A stretch of 63,103 nt of DNA, the filler included, from Octopus bimaculoides (taxonomy: Eukaryota), in NCBI RefSeq assembly GCF_001194135.2. It is 9 parts of 9 records of this genome, joined end to end, with 100 filler letters (N's around TTAATTAATTAA, not from the genome) between each part and the next. Parts side by side here need not be neighbours in the genome. Positions count along the whole stretch, not along the records: positions 5,562 to 19,242 come from NC_068986.1; positions 19,343 to 27,136 come from NC_068995.1; 7 more parts are not named here. One strand, written 5' to 3'. Positions 12,408 to 24,790 of the stretch are shown here, one piece after another. Below the pieces are notes generated by a model. The model was not told the DNA's origin and searched no databases. It saw only the letters and a list, made by a program, of their open reading frames with translations. The first letter of the stretch is position 1, and each line of letters opens with the position of its first letter. The position numbers and the translations under genes were made by a program.

Positions 12408-12773
12408 CTGGATTTTGTTTTGTTAATTTTAGCCTTAGAGAGGGACAGTCCGATGAATATTTATACCAACAAACCCCCCACCTCATATCCTCACCACAAT
12501 CATATAGCAACAATTTTAAGAAGTGGCAGGTGAGTGAAAGGCGGTGGAGACAGCAAAAGATTTGCTAAAAATGGAAAAAAAAATTAGAAAATTATAGAAA
12601 CTTGAATAAATATTCATTTTATAAGAATTTATCATTTGAATGAATAACTCTTTCAAATAATTTGCATTTGTAAATATGTAAATAATTTATAATGTAAATA
12701 TGAATAAAGAACTGAAACAAATAGCAATGCGAATCTCTATATATACACACATACATAGATACATACATGTATG

Positions 12774-12829
<56 letters not shown>

Positions 12830-13264
12830 CATATGTTCATATATATATGTACATATATATGCATATATACATATTATATACATATGTATGAATATATATA
12901 TACGTATATAAACATATATATATATATATATGTATGTATATATACATATTTATATATATATAATTTTTTTCTGGTAAGAGGAACATTTATTATATTTTCG
13001 ATGTCTAGATTTTTCATGTCATTTTGCTCTTTTTTATGTTTATTTTTGTTTCGTTAAGTTGAAGTTTTTTTTCGTTTGTTTTTTTTTGTTTTGTTTGTTT
13101 CTTTATTCTTTCAAATTATTTCATTCTCCGAAAAGGAATTAAAATTACACTTCTATTTTTTTTTCTTCCCCCCCCCCACCCATTTTTTTGTTTTTCATTA
13201 TCAATGTAATACCTTATATTATCTTGCCTATGTATATAAACGGGTGCAGGCACAAATGTGTGAC

Positions 13265-13348
<84 letters not shown>

Positions 13349-13939
13349 ATATAAAATATATATATATATATATATATATACTGCTCCTAATCTACTAGTT
13401 ATACAGATATGTTACAATTATTTCTTCATACTGCAATTATCTTGATTGCTTGTCACTTTCATCATTTGCTGCAAGTTTCAAATATACATAAATATCATAT
13501 GATATATAAGTCTATATATATGTGTATGTATGTATGTATGTATGTATGGTTGCATGTATATTTATATATAAGTATATGTATATACATACATACATACATA
13601 CATGCATACATATATATATATATTTATTTATATATATGTGTATGTGTGTATGTATATATATATATATATATATATATGTTCGTATCTGTGTATGTATGCA
13701 TGTATGTTATGTATGTTTGTATATGTATATATAATCATTTCTTAATGTTAGGAATCTTGTGAAAACATGAATCATACTCAAGAACGTATCTCTAGGGTGT
13801 TGTTAATATGTATTATGCATATGCATAAATACATATATATGTATGGACATGTGAGCGTGCTTGTGCATGTACGTTTATATATATATATATGTGTGTGTCT
13901 GTGTGTGTGTGCGTGCGTTTGTATGTTTGTATATATACA

Positions 13940-13998
<59 letters not shown>

Positions 13999-14519
13999 GA
14001 TATAGACATGTACATATATATACANNNNNNNNNNACATATAAAGATATATATATATATATATATATATATAAGCATGAATAATATACTTCGGTTTGAAAA
14101 TTTTGAAATATTTATATATGCTTCAAAAACATCAGTAAATATGCTTTAAAAGATAACAATATAAATATCTTTAAATCACTGAACTATATATATATGTATG
14201 TATGCATGTATGTATGTATGTATGTATGTGTGTATGTATGTATGTGTAAGTATTTATGTATGTATATGCAAGTATATATATATATATATATATATATATG
14301 AATGTGTGAGCGTGTGTGTGTGTGTGTGTTGTGGAAAGACTATGAAAAATGCATGCATTCGCTGTCCGTTTAATATTATACAGTTCACAGATCCAGTCTT
14401 TTGGTAAGTGGAATCTACCAGCGGAAGGAATTATATATGATTACGAAGGTTCTCTGCTTTTCTTTTGTATTAACTCTCCTTACTACAATGACATGTCCGT
14501 CTTCATCAATGAACAAACT

Positions 14520-14655
14520 GCTTGACCAAGGCAATTGTTGAAATTGTTCTGCTCTCTGAGCTCTTAGTTCAAACCCTGCAGAGATCAGCTTTGTTTTTCA
14601 TCCTTTCAAGGTTGATGAGTGTAATACAAGTCCTGACTGGAGTTGATTCTTATCT
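14520..14655 (+). mobile_element. SINE family A, degenerate; supplies the first half of the 124-aa ORF 14522-14896
   Basis: ttagttcaaaccctgcagagatcagctttgtttttcatcctttcaaggttgat matches family A gagttcaaatt..gaggtcgactttgcctttcatcctttcgg. Confidence 0.7.
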
Positions 14656-14696
14656 ACCTTTAATTCTTTCTGTTTCTCTTTCTCGTCTTCTTGCAG

Positions 14697-14896
14697 AAAT
14701 TGACTGTACTCAAACCTGGATTGTTGCGGACTCTCTAATTCCTAAAATGCCCAAGACACCCCGCATCTCAAAACGGCGCCTTTACAGATCTATCAAGGAA
14801 TTAAGGACCCAAGACATAGCTAAAGAAATGAAAAACATTTTGCACAAATTCTTATTAGAAGTTAGACTAAAGCCTTTTACCTGTCCCAAGATGTGA
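14697..14896 (+). CDS. Candidate phase-1 terminal coding exon (xIDCTQTWIVADSLIPKMPKTPRISKRRLYRSIKELRTQDIAKEMKNILHKFLLEVRLKPFTCPKM*)
   Basis: Very strong acceptor ttctttctgtttctctttctcgtcttcttgcag|, 66 open codons, TGA then a|gtaagc donor-like site. Overlaps the minus-strand exon candidates. Confidence 0.3.
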
Positions 14897-15620
14897 AGTA
14901 AGCCGATCGTATCGTACTGACAGGAAACGAATTTCAGTCCCAATTTGAATCGGCATTTTATGTGCAGAAAGTTTGTAGCTATTTTAAAGATATAAAGAAA
15001 CAAAAAGGTGAGTAGCACCGCAGGTGAAAGGAATCTATTAAAAGGAACATCATCTTTGAAATTTCTAATAAACAGCACAACTTTTTAAGCAACAAGAATA
15101 AATATTCTTTGTAATTTTATTCATTTTCAACCCCCATCTTATCTGATTTCAGTAATTACACCCAGCTTTGATTATGAATGACATAACTTTGAATTGAACT
15201 CCTATTGGTACAAATATAAGTCTCCTTTGATTATAAGCCTAACTGGAGGGACATGTGTGACATAATATATAAGTATTATCCATAAATGCATATACATACA
15301 TATATACAAAGGATCATAAGTTACCTGCTCCAGAAGTGAGGCAATATATGATAGAGTATTCTTGCCAGAAAGGCAGCATATTTTAACTAATGACCTATGT
15401 GCAGATAGTCGGATGTGATGATTGTAGTCTCTTGTAGTCCAAGAATGACGATCTTGCAATTTCTTGCTGAACAACCTGCAAAAATAATTCGTTTATTGTG
15501 ATCATATGTATGTGTTGTACATTTGCTTACTCACTCCGTCAAATTGACGTTACCTGATCAGGTGCGCGGTGTACCTCACGTCAAGCTTTGACGTGATCAC
15601 AGACTAATGTGAGAGGAAGT
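14716..15620 (-). other. Candidate spliced transcript: exons about 15620-15554, 15475-15325, 14978-14881, 14819-14716 (lncRNA, 5' UTR exons or small ORF)
   Basis: Donors cag|gtaacg, cag|gtaact, cag|gtaaaa, cag|gtttga. Acceptors ttatttttgcag|, tttgtttctttatatctttaaaatag|, tttttcatttctttag|. Introns of 78, 346 and 61 nt. Confidence 0.5.
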
Positions 15621-15705
15621 ACTTTATTCAAGAGTACGATTCACTACCCGGTCCAGGAATTGAAACCACGATCTTGCGATCGTGAGTGCACTAGGTCATG
15701 CGCCT
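15620..15705 (-). mobile_element. tRNA-derived SINE head remnant
   Basis: Minus strand ggcgcatgacctagtg..gatcgtggtttcaattcctggaccggg (A/B-box-like). Confidence 0.6.
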
Positions 15706-17234
15706 TCACGTAGTCTGATATATTATCTACACAACCACCTGACCTCCCCTACTTTGTTATTGAGAATAAAAAGAATGTTAAGAAAGAGCAATAATGATTT
15801 TAGGTGGCTAAATAGGGAGACAAGTATTTGATAATGTAATAAAGACTTCGTCTCTCCAAGGAGTAGGGCTATTTATTTGTCATCCGTCAGCCTCGCTGAA
15901 TCTGGAGCTAAGAACTGGCTGTATGGGAGCCTGCAGTATTTACCGACATCACTAGATTAGCAATCGTTTATTTCAGAAATGTCATTTATTAAATTATAAA
16001 TCTATAGATGTATTCCGAACAAATACCAGCAGGTGGCGATGACATCAAAGCCTTTCTATATTAAGTATCGATCAGTTATTCCTTTGACTTGCTTTTTTTA
16101 AAAAAAAAAGATCATTCTTCTGCTGTTTGCTTCTTAAATTCCTACATATATACATACGTACATTCTGTATATATANNNNNNNNNNNNNNNNNNNNNNNNN
16201 NNNNNNNNNNNNNNNNNNNNNNNNNNNNNNNNNNNNNNNNNNNNNNNNNNNNNNNNNNNNNNNNNNNNNNNNNNNNNNNNNNNNNNNNNNNNNNNNNNNN
16301 NNNNNNNNNNNNNNNNNNNNNNNNNNNNNNNNNNNNNNNNNNNNNNTGTATGTAATGTGTATATGCGTTTTCTCTTAGCACACAATTCTTTCGTTATTCC
16401 TTTTAAGATAATGATGTAATTATTTGGTTTAAATTTAAACAGTGAGAGAGAAAAAAAAGCAAAGAATATTTGTAAATGGATGTTGAAAGCTCCGTAAAAT
16501 ACTTGGTAGATTTTGCTTTGTATTTAGACCCTGAGGCATTAAGAGACGGGAGAGAGAAAAAAAAAACAACAGGAAACCAACAGCAACAGCAACAGGAGCA
16601 ACAACAATTACAACAAAGCGTAATAGCAAACAAAACTGAGAAACATACAACAGAAAAAAAAACTGAAGTTAGAATTATATATTATCAGGTTAATTAGAAA
16701 AATTGTGTTCATTGAAGTGTATATAGCAGATTGCGAATGATCTGTTAAACAAGACAATCAGATCTTTAAATGACATTCATTGGTGCATTACACACGTAAT
16801 TGCTCACAAGTTACCTTTTAAGGAATAGATAGGCATATTTAACACAGAGACACATACTGGACTTACTAGCAACCCTCTAAAGAGAACAGAATATAATTGA
16901 TCAACCTTGATTGAATTCTAATCAATTTCCTGATTAAATTAAATTTTTTCTCTCATTTTTTATTTTTATTTTTACTTATTTTTCTATTTTAATTTTTTCA
17001 TTTCTTTGTTTTCACATTTTCTTTTCTTTTCTCTTTCTCTTTTTTTTTTTTCCGTAATAGGTTTTCTGGTCTGCGGAATCAGCATTTTACCAAATGAATC
17101 GAAAATAAAAATCTCACCAATAGTACTTGCTGTATATAATTGGATTAGATCTTAGTTTGTCTTTATCTTTCATTCGTTTTTATCTGTATTTATGGTGAGG
17201 CTGTCACGCACTGATACAGCAATTTTCAATACAG

Positions 17235-17267
17235 TAAAACATTGGCAACGAGGAGAGCTGTTGCAGT
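17235..17267 (+). CDS. Candidate 33-nt phase 1-1 microexon (xKHWQRGELLQ)
   Basis: aattttcaatacag| ... agt|gtaagt; frame-preserving. Confidence 0.25.
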
Positions 17268-17619
17268 GTAAGTTTATTTCAAGACAGCAACATGAGTGAA
17301 TTAATTGCAACTAGATTAAGTGCAGCAGTAGCATCAACAACAACAGAAACAACAACAACGAATAAAAGATGCAGTTTTAAATTAATATTATCATGTCGAA
17401 AGTAACAGGATATAATTGATCCAAAGTGTATCGATTATAAGATGTACGAAAAACTGGCGATGGATTTGTTGTTCTTTACTTATCGTTTTCTTGTTGCCTA
17501 TTTTTATTTTTTGCGCCATTAGTGTGAAGAGGAGAGACAGAGCTTAGAGCTTAGAGCCTGGAGCCTAGCGAGGCCTTCTTCAGCGGAAAGAAACGGATAA
17601 TTGAAAACTAATATATAAG

Positions 17620-18960
17620 CTTTTCTACTACAGGTACAAGGTCTGAGATTTGCGGCGAGGAAGCTAGTCGATTACATCAACCTCAGTACTTGACTAGTAT
17701 TTATTTTATAGACTCTGAAAGGATGAAAGACAAAGTCAACCTCGGCAGAATTTGAACCCTGAGCGTTTGTTGGCACTCTGTCGCTTACGACGTCGAAGGT
17801 TCCAGTCGATCCGATCAACGGAACAGCCTGCTCGTGAAATTAACGTGCAAGTGGCTGAGCACTCCACAGACACGTGTACCCTTAACGTAGTTCTCGGGGA
17901 TATTCAGCGTGACACAGTGTGACAAGGCTGGCCCTTTGAATTACAGGCACAACAGAAACAGGAAGTAAGAGTGAGAGAAAGTTGTGGTGGAAGAGTACAG
18001 CAGGGTTCGCCACCATCCCCTGCCGGAGCCTCGTGGGGCTTTAGGTGCTTTCGCTCAATAAACATTCACAACGCCCGGTCTGGGAATCAAAGCTGCGATC
18101 CTATGACCGCGAGTCCGCTGCCCTAACCACTGGGCCATTGCACCTCCACTTGACNNNNNNNNNNNNNNNNNNNNNNNNNNNNNNNNNNNNNNNNNNNNNN
18201 NNNNNNNNNNNNNNNNNNNNNNNNNNNNNNNNNNNNNNNNNNNNNNNNNNNNNNNNNNNNNNNNNNNNNNNNNNNNNNNNNNNNNNNNNNNNNNNNNNNN
18301 NNNNNNNNNNNNNNNNNNNNNNNNNNNNNNNNNNNNNNNNNNNNNNNNNNNNNNNNNNNNNNNNNNNNNNNNNNNNNNNNNNNNNNNNNNNNNNNNNNNN
18401 NNNNNNNNNNNNNNNNNNNNNNNNNNNNNNNNNNNNNNNNNNNNNNNNNNNNNNNNNNNNNNNNNNNNNNNNNNNNNNNNNNNNNNTTTGTTGGCACTCT
18501 GTCGCTTACGACGTCGAAGGTTCCAGTCGATCCGATCAACGGAACAGCCTGCTCGTGAAATTAACGTGCAAGTGGCTGAGCACTCCACAGACACGTGTAC
18601 CCTTAACGTAGTTCTCGGGGATATTCAGCGTGACACAGTGTGACAAGGCTGGCCCTTTGAATTACAGGCACAACAGAAACAGGAAGTAAGAGTGAGAGAA
18701 AGTTGTGGTGGAAGAGTACAGCAGGGTTCGCCACCATCCCCTGCCGGAGCCTCGTGGGGCTTTAGGTGCTTTCGCTCAATAAACATTCACAACGCCCGGT
18801 CTGGGAATCAAAGCTGCGATCCTATGACCGCGAGTCCGCTGCCCTAACCACTGGGCCATTGCACCTCCACTTGACTAGTACCCTGAGTGTAAAGACAGAC
18901 GAAATACCGCTAGGACTTTGTCCGGCAAGAAAACGATTCTGCCAGCTCACCACCAGAAAG
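17620..18960 (-). mobile_element. SINE family A interrupted by a family D SINE (17766-18150), the latter duplicated across an N gap (18487-18870)
   Basis: Family A halves at 17620-17765 and 18880-18960. TSD accctgagcgt/accctgagtgt. The D copy has a tRNA-like head gtggaggtgcaatggcccagtggttagggcagcggactcgcggtc and a ..gtgccaacaa tail. Confidence 0.9.
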
Positions 18961-19447
18961 CTAGTAAATAATAACATTGATATTCAATGTGTAGTTTTAT
19001 ATAGCAAGGATTTAAAGGGGTTGAGAGAAAAAGAGGACAGGAAAGGTTTCATTCAGTGCTTTAGGAGAGGATCTGGGATGAGGCGAAATGCAAAGTGAAA
19101 GAAAGATGAGCGACGTGTGTGAAGACAATGGGTTTACACAGCGATGGTTAATGGTATTATGGATAGGTGTTTGTAGCTATCATAATAGTGGTGGGATCTG
19201 GTGGCAGTGGGTGGAGTGAGGTGGGTGAGGTGGAGGGTGAGGNNNNNNNNNNNNNNNNNNNNNNNNNNNNNNNNNNNNNNNNNNNNTTAATTAATTAANN
19301 NNNNNNNNNNNNNNNNNNNNNNNNNNNNNNNNNNNNNNNNNNATATGTACATGTATATATAACTGCGTGTATATTCTACATACTATTATCGATGATAATT
19401 CGGTTCTATATACATTTCTATTTAAATGCCTCACATTCACATTTTGA

Positions 19448-19497
<50 letters not shown>

Positions 19498-20425
19498 TTG
19501 TGCCTGTGTGTGTGTGCGTGCTTACCTGTGTACGTGCTTGTGTGCGTACTTGCATATGTTTGTACATAAATGTTAAAGATGAGTGTTTACAAATTTTAAC
19601 TGCTATGTTTTATTCTTTATTCATTCAATATACATAAATACATATACATTCGTTCTTAATTTCTTCATAGTTTCCATGACAACTACGTTAATGGAGCTTG
19701 CAGTATTACTGTTATTGTTGATGTTGTTGTCGAGGCCGTTCTTGTTGTTGTTATCATGTAAATTCGCTTTCTAGAATATTTAGTTTGATGTATATATCTA
19801 TGGATCACGTGCAGATTACAGCACACTGTTATATGAGGAATGTGTACAAAGCACATACATAAATTCGCACGCACTTACTCACATAGGACACACACACACA
19901 CGAACTCAAATACTCACACACACGAACATGAAGATGCACACGCACCCACACAGAAACATAGGCATAAATTTACATCTTATCTACCCTTATTTATATGAAT
20001 GTCTTTTTGAAAATTCATTCTCTCTCCCCCTCTTATAGAATTTCTTCCTTCGCACACGCGTAGATTCACACACGCATACATGCCTACAAACATATACACC
20101 ATGCATATATATACATATGCATATACATATACAATCATATGAATACATACATACACACACACATATATGTATATACGTATATGGATACATACATACACAT
20201 ATTTATATATATATATTTACATGCATACACATATATACATGCATATGTATGTGTGTGTGTNNNNNNNNNNNNNNNNNNNNNNNNNNNNNNNNNNNNNNNN
20301 NNNNNNNNNNNNNNNNNNNNNNNNNNNNNNNNNNNNNNNNNNNNNNNNNNNNNNNNNNNNNNNNNNNNNNNNNNNNNNNNNNNNNNNNNNNNNNNNNNNN
20401 NNNNNNNNNNNNNNNNNNNNNNNNN

Positions 20426-20466
<41 letters not shown>

Positions 20467-20470
20467 TATT

Positions 20471-20502
<32 letters not shown>

Positions 20503-20811
20503 TGTAGGTAGGTAGGTATGTATGTACATATTACATATGTGTATGCCTCTTTTTACTTGCTTAGTGACGGGGTACCACATTGATGAGTTTTTATGCGAAT
20601 CCACCCCAGTATATTTTTTCAAGCTTGCTGCTCACTGTATTGAACCCTCTAGCCGAACCGCTACTTTTATAAGCCGTAAGCACACCCACACTAGTTGCCA
20701 AGAGGTGGTGAGGGACATGCACAGACACAAAAATATACCCACACGCATGTATGTATGTTTACGTATATATATATATATACACACACATACATTTATACAT
20801 GTATACATATA

Positions 20812-20975
20812 CAACGGTTGTCTTTTAGTTTCGTAGTGATTTGGTCATTCATAGTGATTTGGTCGATGTGAAGCTGTAGTAGAAAACATTTGTCGAATGT
20901 GCTACTCACTAGGACTTGAACCTGGAACCATAAGGCTGAAAAACAAACTTCTTAACTGATAGCTACGCCTGCGCC
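20812..20975 (-). mobile_element. SINE family B head, diverged
   Basis: Reverse complement starts ggcgcaggcgtagctatcagttaagaagtttg..ggttccaggttcaagtcct. Confidence 0.7.
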
Positions 20976-21616
20976 TCTGTTTATGTATTGTATGTATATA
21001 TGTGTATTTATCAGAACATACTGATTGAAGCTTTTCGCGTTTGTACGCCTATATCGGAGTGTGTGTGTATATGCAAGAGTGTGTGCGAACGTAAATACGC
21101 GAGAGTGTACGCACGTGCGCGAGTCACTCTGCACGCACGTGCGTATGTAGAGTGACAGGTCGGCGAGACTGAAGTAACGCACCTAATTTTTTTGGTTTTT
21201 TTTTTTAATTCGGATTCAATAAAATGAGCTCCAGTCGAACTTAGGGGTCGATGTAATGGACTTAGCCTTTTCCCAGTTATTTCTGGTCTTGTGCCAAAAT
21301 TTTAAACCAATAATAAAAAGCTAAGGTTATATATTGTGTCCTCGTGTCTCAGATGGTGATATTAAACACTGAAATTACCAAACTGCTAGGAAATATATTT
21401 GTTGCCTTTTCATATCTGTCTAACAGTGCCATCACTTTGGTTAACTTACTATACTCCACACTTTTCCATCTTTAACTCTACGGACAATAAAATGAATGAT
21501 AGTGTTCATCGGTAATCAAATTTATTCATTCCGTGATCATTCCGTCTTTTCACACTGTATTCACGTGAGAATCCGCTCTTGTCATGTTTATACAAGGATT
21601 TAGCTTCTATTTCTAG

Positions 21617-21836
21617 CAGTTTGGTGACTGCGTTACATCTACGTTTTCGACTAATACAATTCACCCTTACGTGCATCAACATAACCTTGAAATACACGAC
21701 AACTTCTTTCGGTCACACGATGTTGTCGGAGAAAAGAGTGTTGAAATTAGGCCACACAAACCTACCTCATTCACTAACAACAGGTTGAAGAATTTTCTGA
21801 CAAGAAAACTTGTGTCAAGGACGTCTACTCAGCAAG
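21617..21836 (+). CDS. Candidate 220-nt exon, phase 0-1 (QFGDCVTSTFSTNTIHPYVHQHNLEIHDNFFRSHDVVGEKSVEIRPHKPTSFTNNRLKNFLTRKLVSRTSTQQ)
   Basis: Tandem acceptor ttctatttctag|cag|, 73 open codons beginning right after an in-frame TAG, donor aag|gtgtgt. No homology recognised. Confidence 0.3.
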
Positions 21837-23022
21837 GTGTGTGTAAATACAAAATGAATGTAGCAACCATCATCTGGAATTGTGTTGTAGATTTATTAAT
21901 ATGCAGCATAATGTGATAATACGATTACACAAACGCCCGCGCACGTACACACACACACACACACATACACGCAACTACACACACAAACACACAAAGATAT
22001 GTATGTTACACACACAGGTATCTATCTATCATTCTATCTATTTATCTATCTATATAGATGTGTCGTATGTATATAATTCATCTATGAATGCGGATATATA
22101 TANNNNNNNNNNNNNNNNNNNNNNNNNNNNNNNNNNNNNNNNNNNNNNNNNNNNNNNNNNNNNNNNNNNNNNNNNNNNNNNNNNNNNNNNNNNNNNNNNN
22201 NNNNNNNNNNNNNNNNNNNNNNNNNNNNNNNNNNNNNNNNNNNNNNNNNNNNNNNNNNNNNNNNNNNNNNNNNNNNNNNNNNNNNNNNNNNNNNNNNNNN
22301 NNNNNNNNNNNNNNNNNNNNNNNNNNNNNNNNNNNNNNNNNNNNNNNNTATATATATATATATATATATATGTATCTATGTATGTATGTATGTATGTGTG
22401 CGTGCGTGTATTTGTACAAATATATATATACACACATACACACACGCACACATGGATGTGTGTGAATACATGTGTGTGTGTGTGGCTCTGTGTGTGCACG
22501 CGTGAGGCTGTGGTTAAGTATATACAGGGAGAAAGAGGTAGATGTAGGGGAATGCTATACATTCTACACACGTTGGACTGTTTATTATAACTTAGAAATT
22601 ATTATACATCCATGCTAAAGTTAGCGGACCGTTGTCTTTAATGTTGGAAATTCCTAGTTGCAGAAAAAATATTCTAATTTTTCATTTAACGGTTTCAACA
22701 AGCATACATATTCCTTACATTGAAATTTATGCTTGTGTATAATACGCGTGTGCGTCCGTGTGTGCATCCGCTCACACACGCACACGCACACGCACACACA
22801 CACACATACATGCATATATAGTTAGATAATAAAGTGACTATACTCTAACCATGTTGCCTGAGATACGGCAACATATCTTATGCATATATATATATGTATG
22901 TGATAGGGTACTGTGTATCTATATGAATGTATGTATGTAGGTGTGTGTGTGTTAGGTCTGTGTAGGTTGTGTGGGCGTGCATATACACATTTATATATAC
23001 ACGTATATATGTATATATCTAA

Positions 23023-23071
<49 letters not shown>

Positions 23072-23546
23072 TACATATACATACTTATAAGTATGTGTGC
23101 ATGTGAGTGTGTGCGTATGTGTGTGTGTGTCAGCATACGCGTACACACACGCGTGCATATACACGCAAACATATCCTGATGGATATTATATAGAGATGTA
23201 GATGGATAGATAGATACAGAGAGAGACAAGCAGACTGACAGAGAGTGAGAGAGAGAGAGGGAGAGAGAGTGAGACAGATAGGGAGAGAGAGATAGGGAGA
23301 GAGAGGAAGAGTAAGAGAGAGAATGATAGATTATTTGAGTGATCTAGTTATCGATTAGTCACTTTTCGCACACGCCGAAATTTGCTTTGGTCAATAACGC
23401 GCACACACGCACACTTATATATGTACACACACACACACACACANNNNNNNNNNNNNNNNNNNNNNNNNNNNNNNNNNNNNNNNNNNNNNNNNNNNNNNNN
23501 NNNNNNNNNNNNNNNNNNNNNNNNNNNNNNNNNNNNNNNNNNNNNN

Positions 23547-23579
<33 letters not shown>

Positions 23580-23588
23580 GTATATATA

Positions 23589-23630
<42 letters not shown>

Positions 23631-23938
23631 TAAATGCGTTTATACATATATATAATGATATATATACAAACAAACATATACACACATACACACACGCACG
23701 CTCACAAACACACGCACACACACACACACGAATACATGTATATATATATGTATGTATATGCACACACACACATGTAAAAGAGATAATAAATAGTGACAAT
23801 GTATAACGCGCGTGTATTTAAATATTCTCTTGCACGTATTTCATGAACATAGTTAAAATTTACTGAGAATATTAAACATATTTACAAACATGTGTGTGTT
23901 TGCGAGTGTGTGTGTGTGTGTGTGCGTGTGTGTTTGTA

Positions 23939-23981
<43 letters not shown>

Positions 23982-24218
23982 CTGCATGTGAGTTTGTAAG
24001 AGAGGCGAGGGAAAGAAATAGAGAGACAGACAGATAAATTCTGTTTAAAGCTGTGTTTATCCTTTTAAATACACTCGCATACACAACATGTATATAGTGA
24101 TCGGTAATATTATTTCATTCTCTGTTTGTTTTATAAATATTTTTATATGTTATTTGTCATTTGATGTAACTATAATAGTTACACACACAAACACACACAC
24201 ACACACACACAAATCTAC

Positions 24219-24251
<33 letters not shown>

Positions 24252-24513
24252 TACACACACACGCACAAACAATTCTTATATCTATATATCTTTTCTTTGT
24301 GTATATAATTGTACGCACTTACTTGTATCTCTAAAATAATGCCTAATATCTACACACGAAAGAAATATATTATTTTGTCTGATTCTACAGACAGGTCTCC
24401 AGACACGCACGCCTACACACCGATATTCGTATTCATGCATCCAGATATTCTGCAGATTATGTTTTTTAAACTTTATCTCAAGTTTTTTGTTTTTCTTTTT
24501 AAATATTCTCAAG

Positions 24514-24637
24514 CAGCCACTTCCATTCTTTGCATCAGACTCCTTCGTTTCACTCGCTTACTATTTAAGTGGTCTGCTTTTCTATCCGTGTCTGACGTCA
24601 GAAAATAAAGCAGCACCATTCTTGCCACGCAATCGAT
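24514..24637 (+). CDS. Candidate 124-nt exon, phase 0-1 (QPLPFFASDSFVSLAYYLSGLLFYPCLTSENKAAPFLPRNR)
   Basis: T-rich tract then aag|cag|, donor gat|gtatgc, one hydrophobic segment. Confidence 0.2.
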
Positions 24638-24749
24638 GTATGCCAAAGGTCAAATGAGTGTAATATCGATCTACTATCAACAGTACTGCCTCGTTCGCGA
24701 AACAAATCTAGTATTCACTTCACTTCAGTTCAATATATGCAACAGTACC

Positions 24750-24790
<41 letters not shown>

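Noticed and set aside
14522-14696. N-terminal half of the 124-aa ORF as a signal or transmembrane segment
   Set aside because: Derived from a degenerate SINE A plus a polypyrimidine tract; starts at a non-ATG codon.
14880-14900. TGA in TCPKM* as selenocysteine
   Set aside because: Spacing is CxxxU rather than CxxU, I see no SECIS, and the exon itself is unproven.
15325-15475. RNCKIVILG as a Rho/Ras GTPase N-terminus
   Set aside because: No GxGKT P-loop follows, and that frame stops within the exon.
16476-16697. Gln-rich 73-aa ORF
   Set aside because: Driven by CAA/CAG and poly-A low complexity; weak donor; no recognisable domain.
18487-18875. Tandem duplication of SINE D
   Set aside because: Identical to 17766-18154 including private variants, separated only by Ns, with one TSD pair; unmerged contig overlap.
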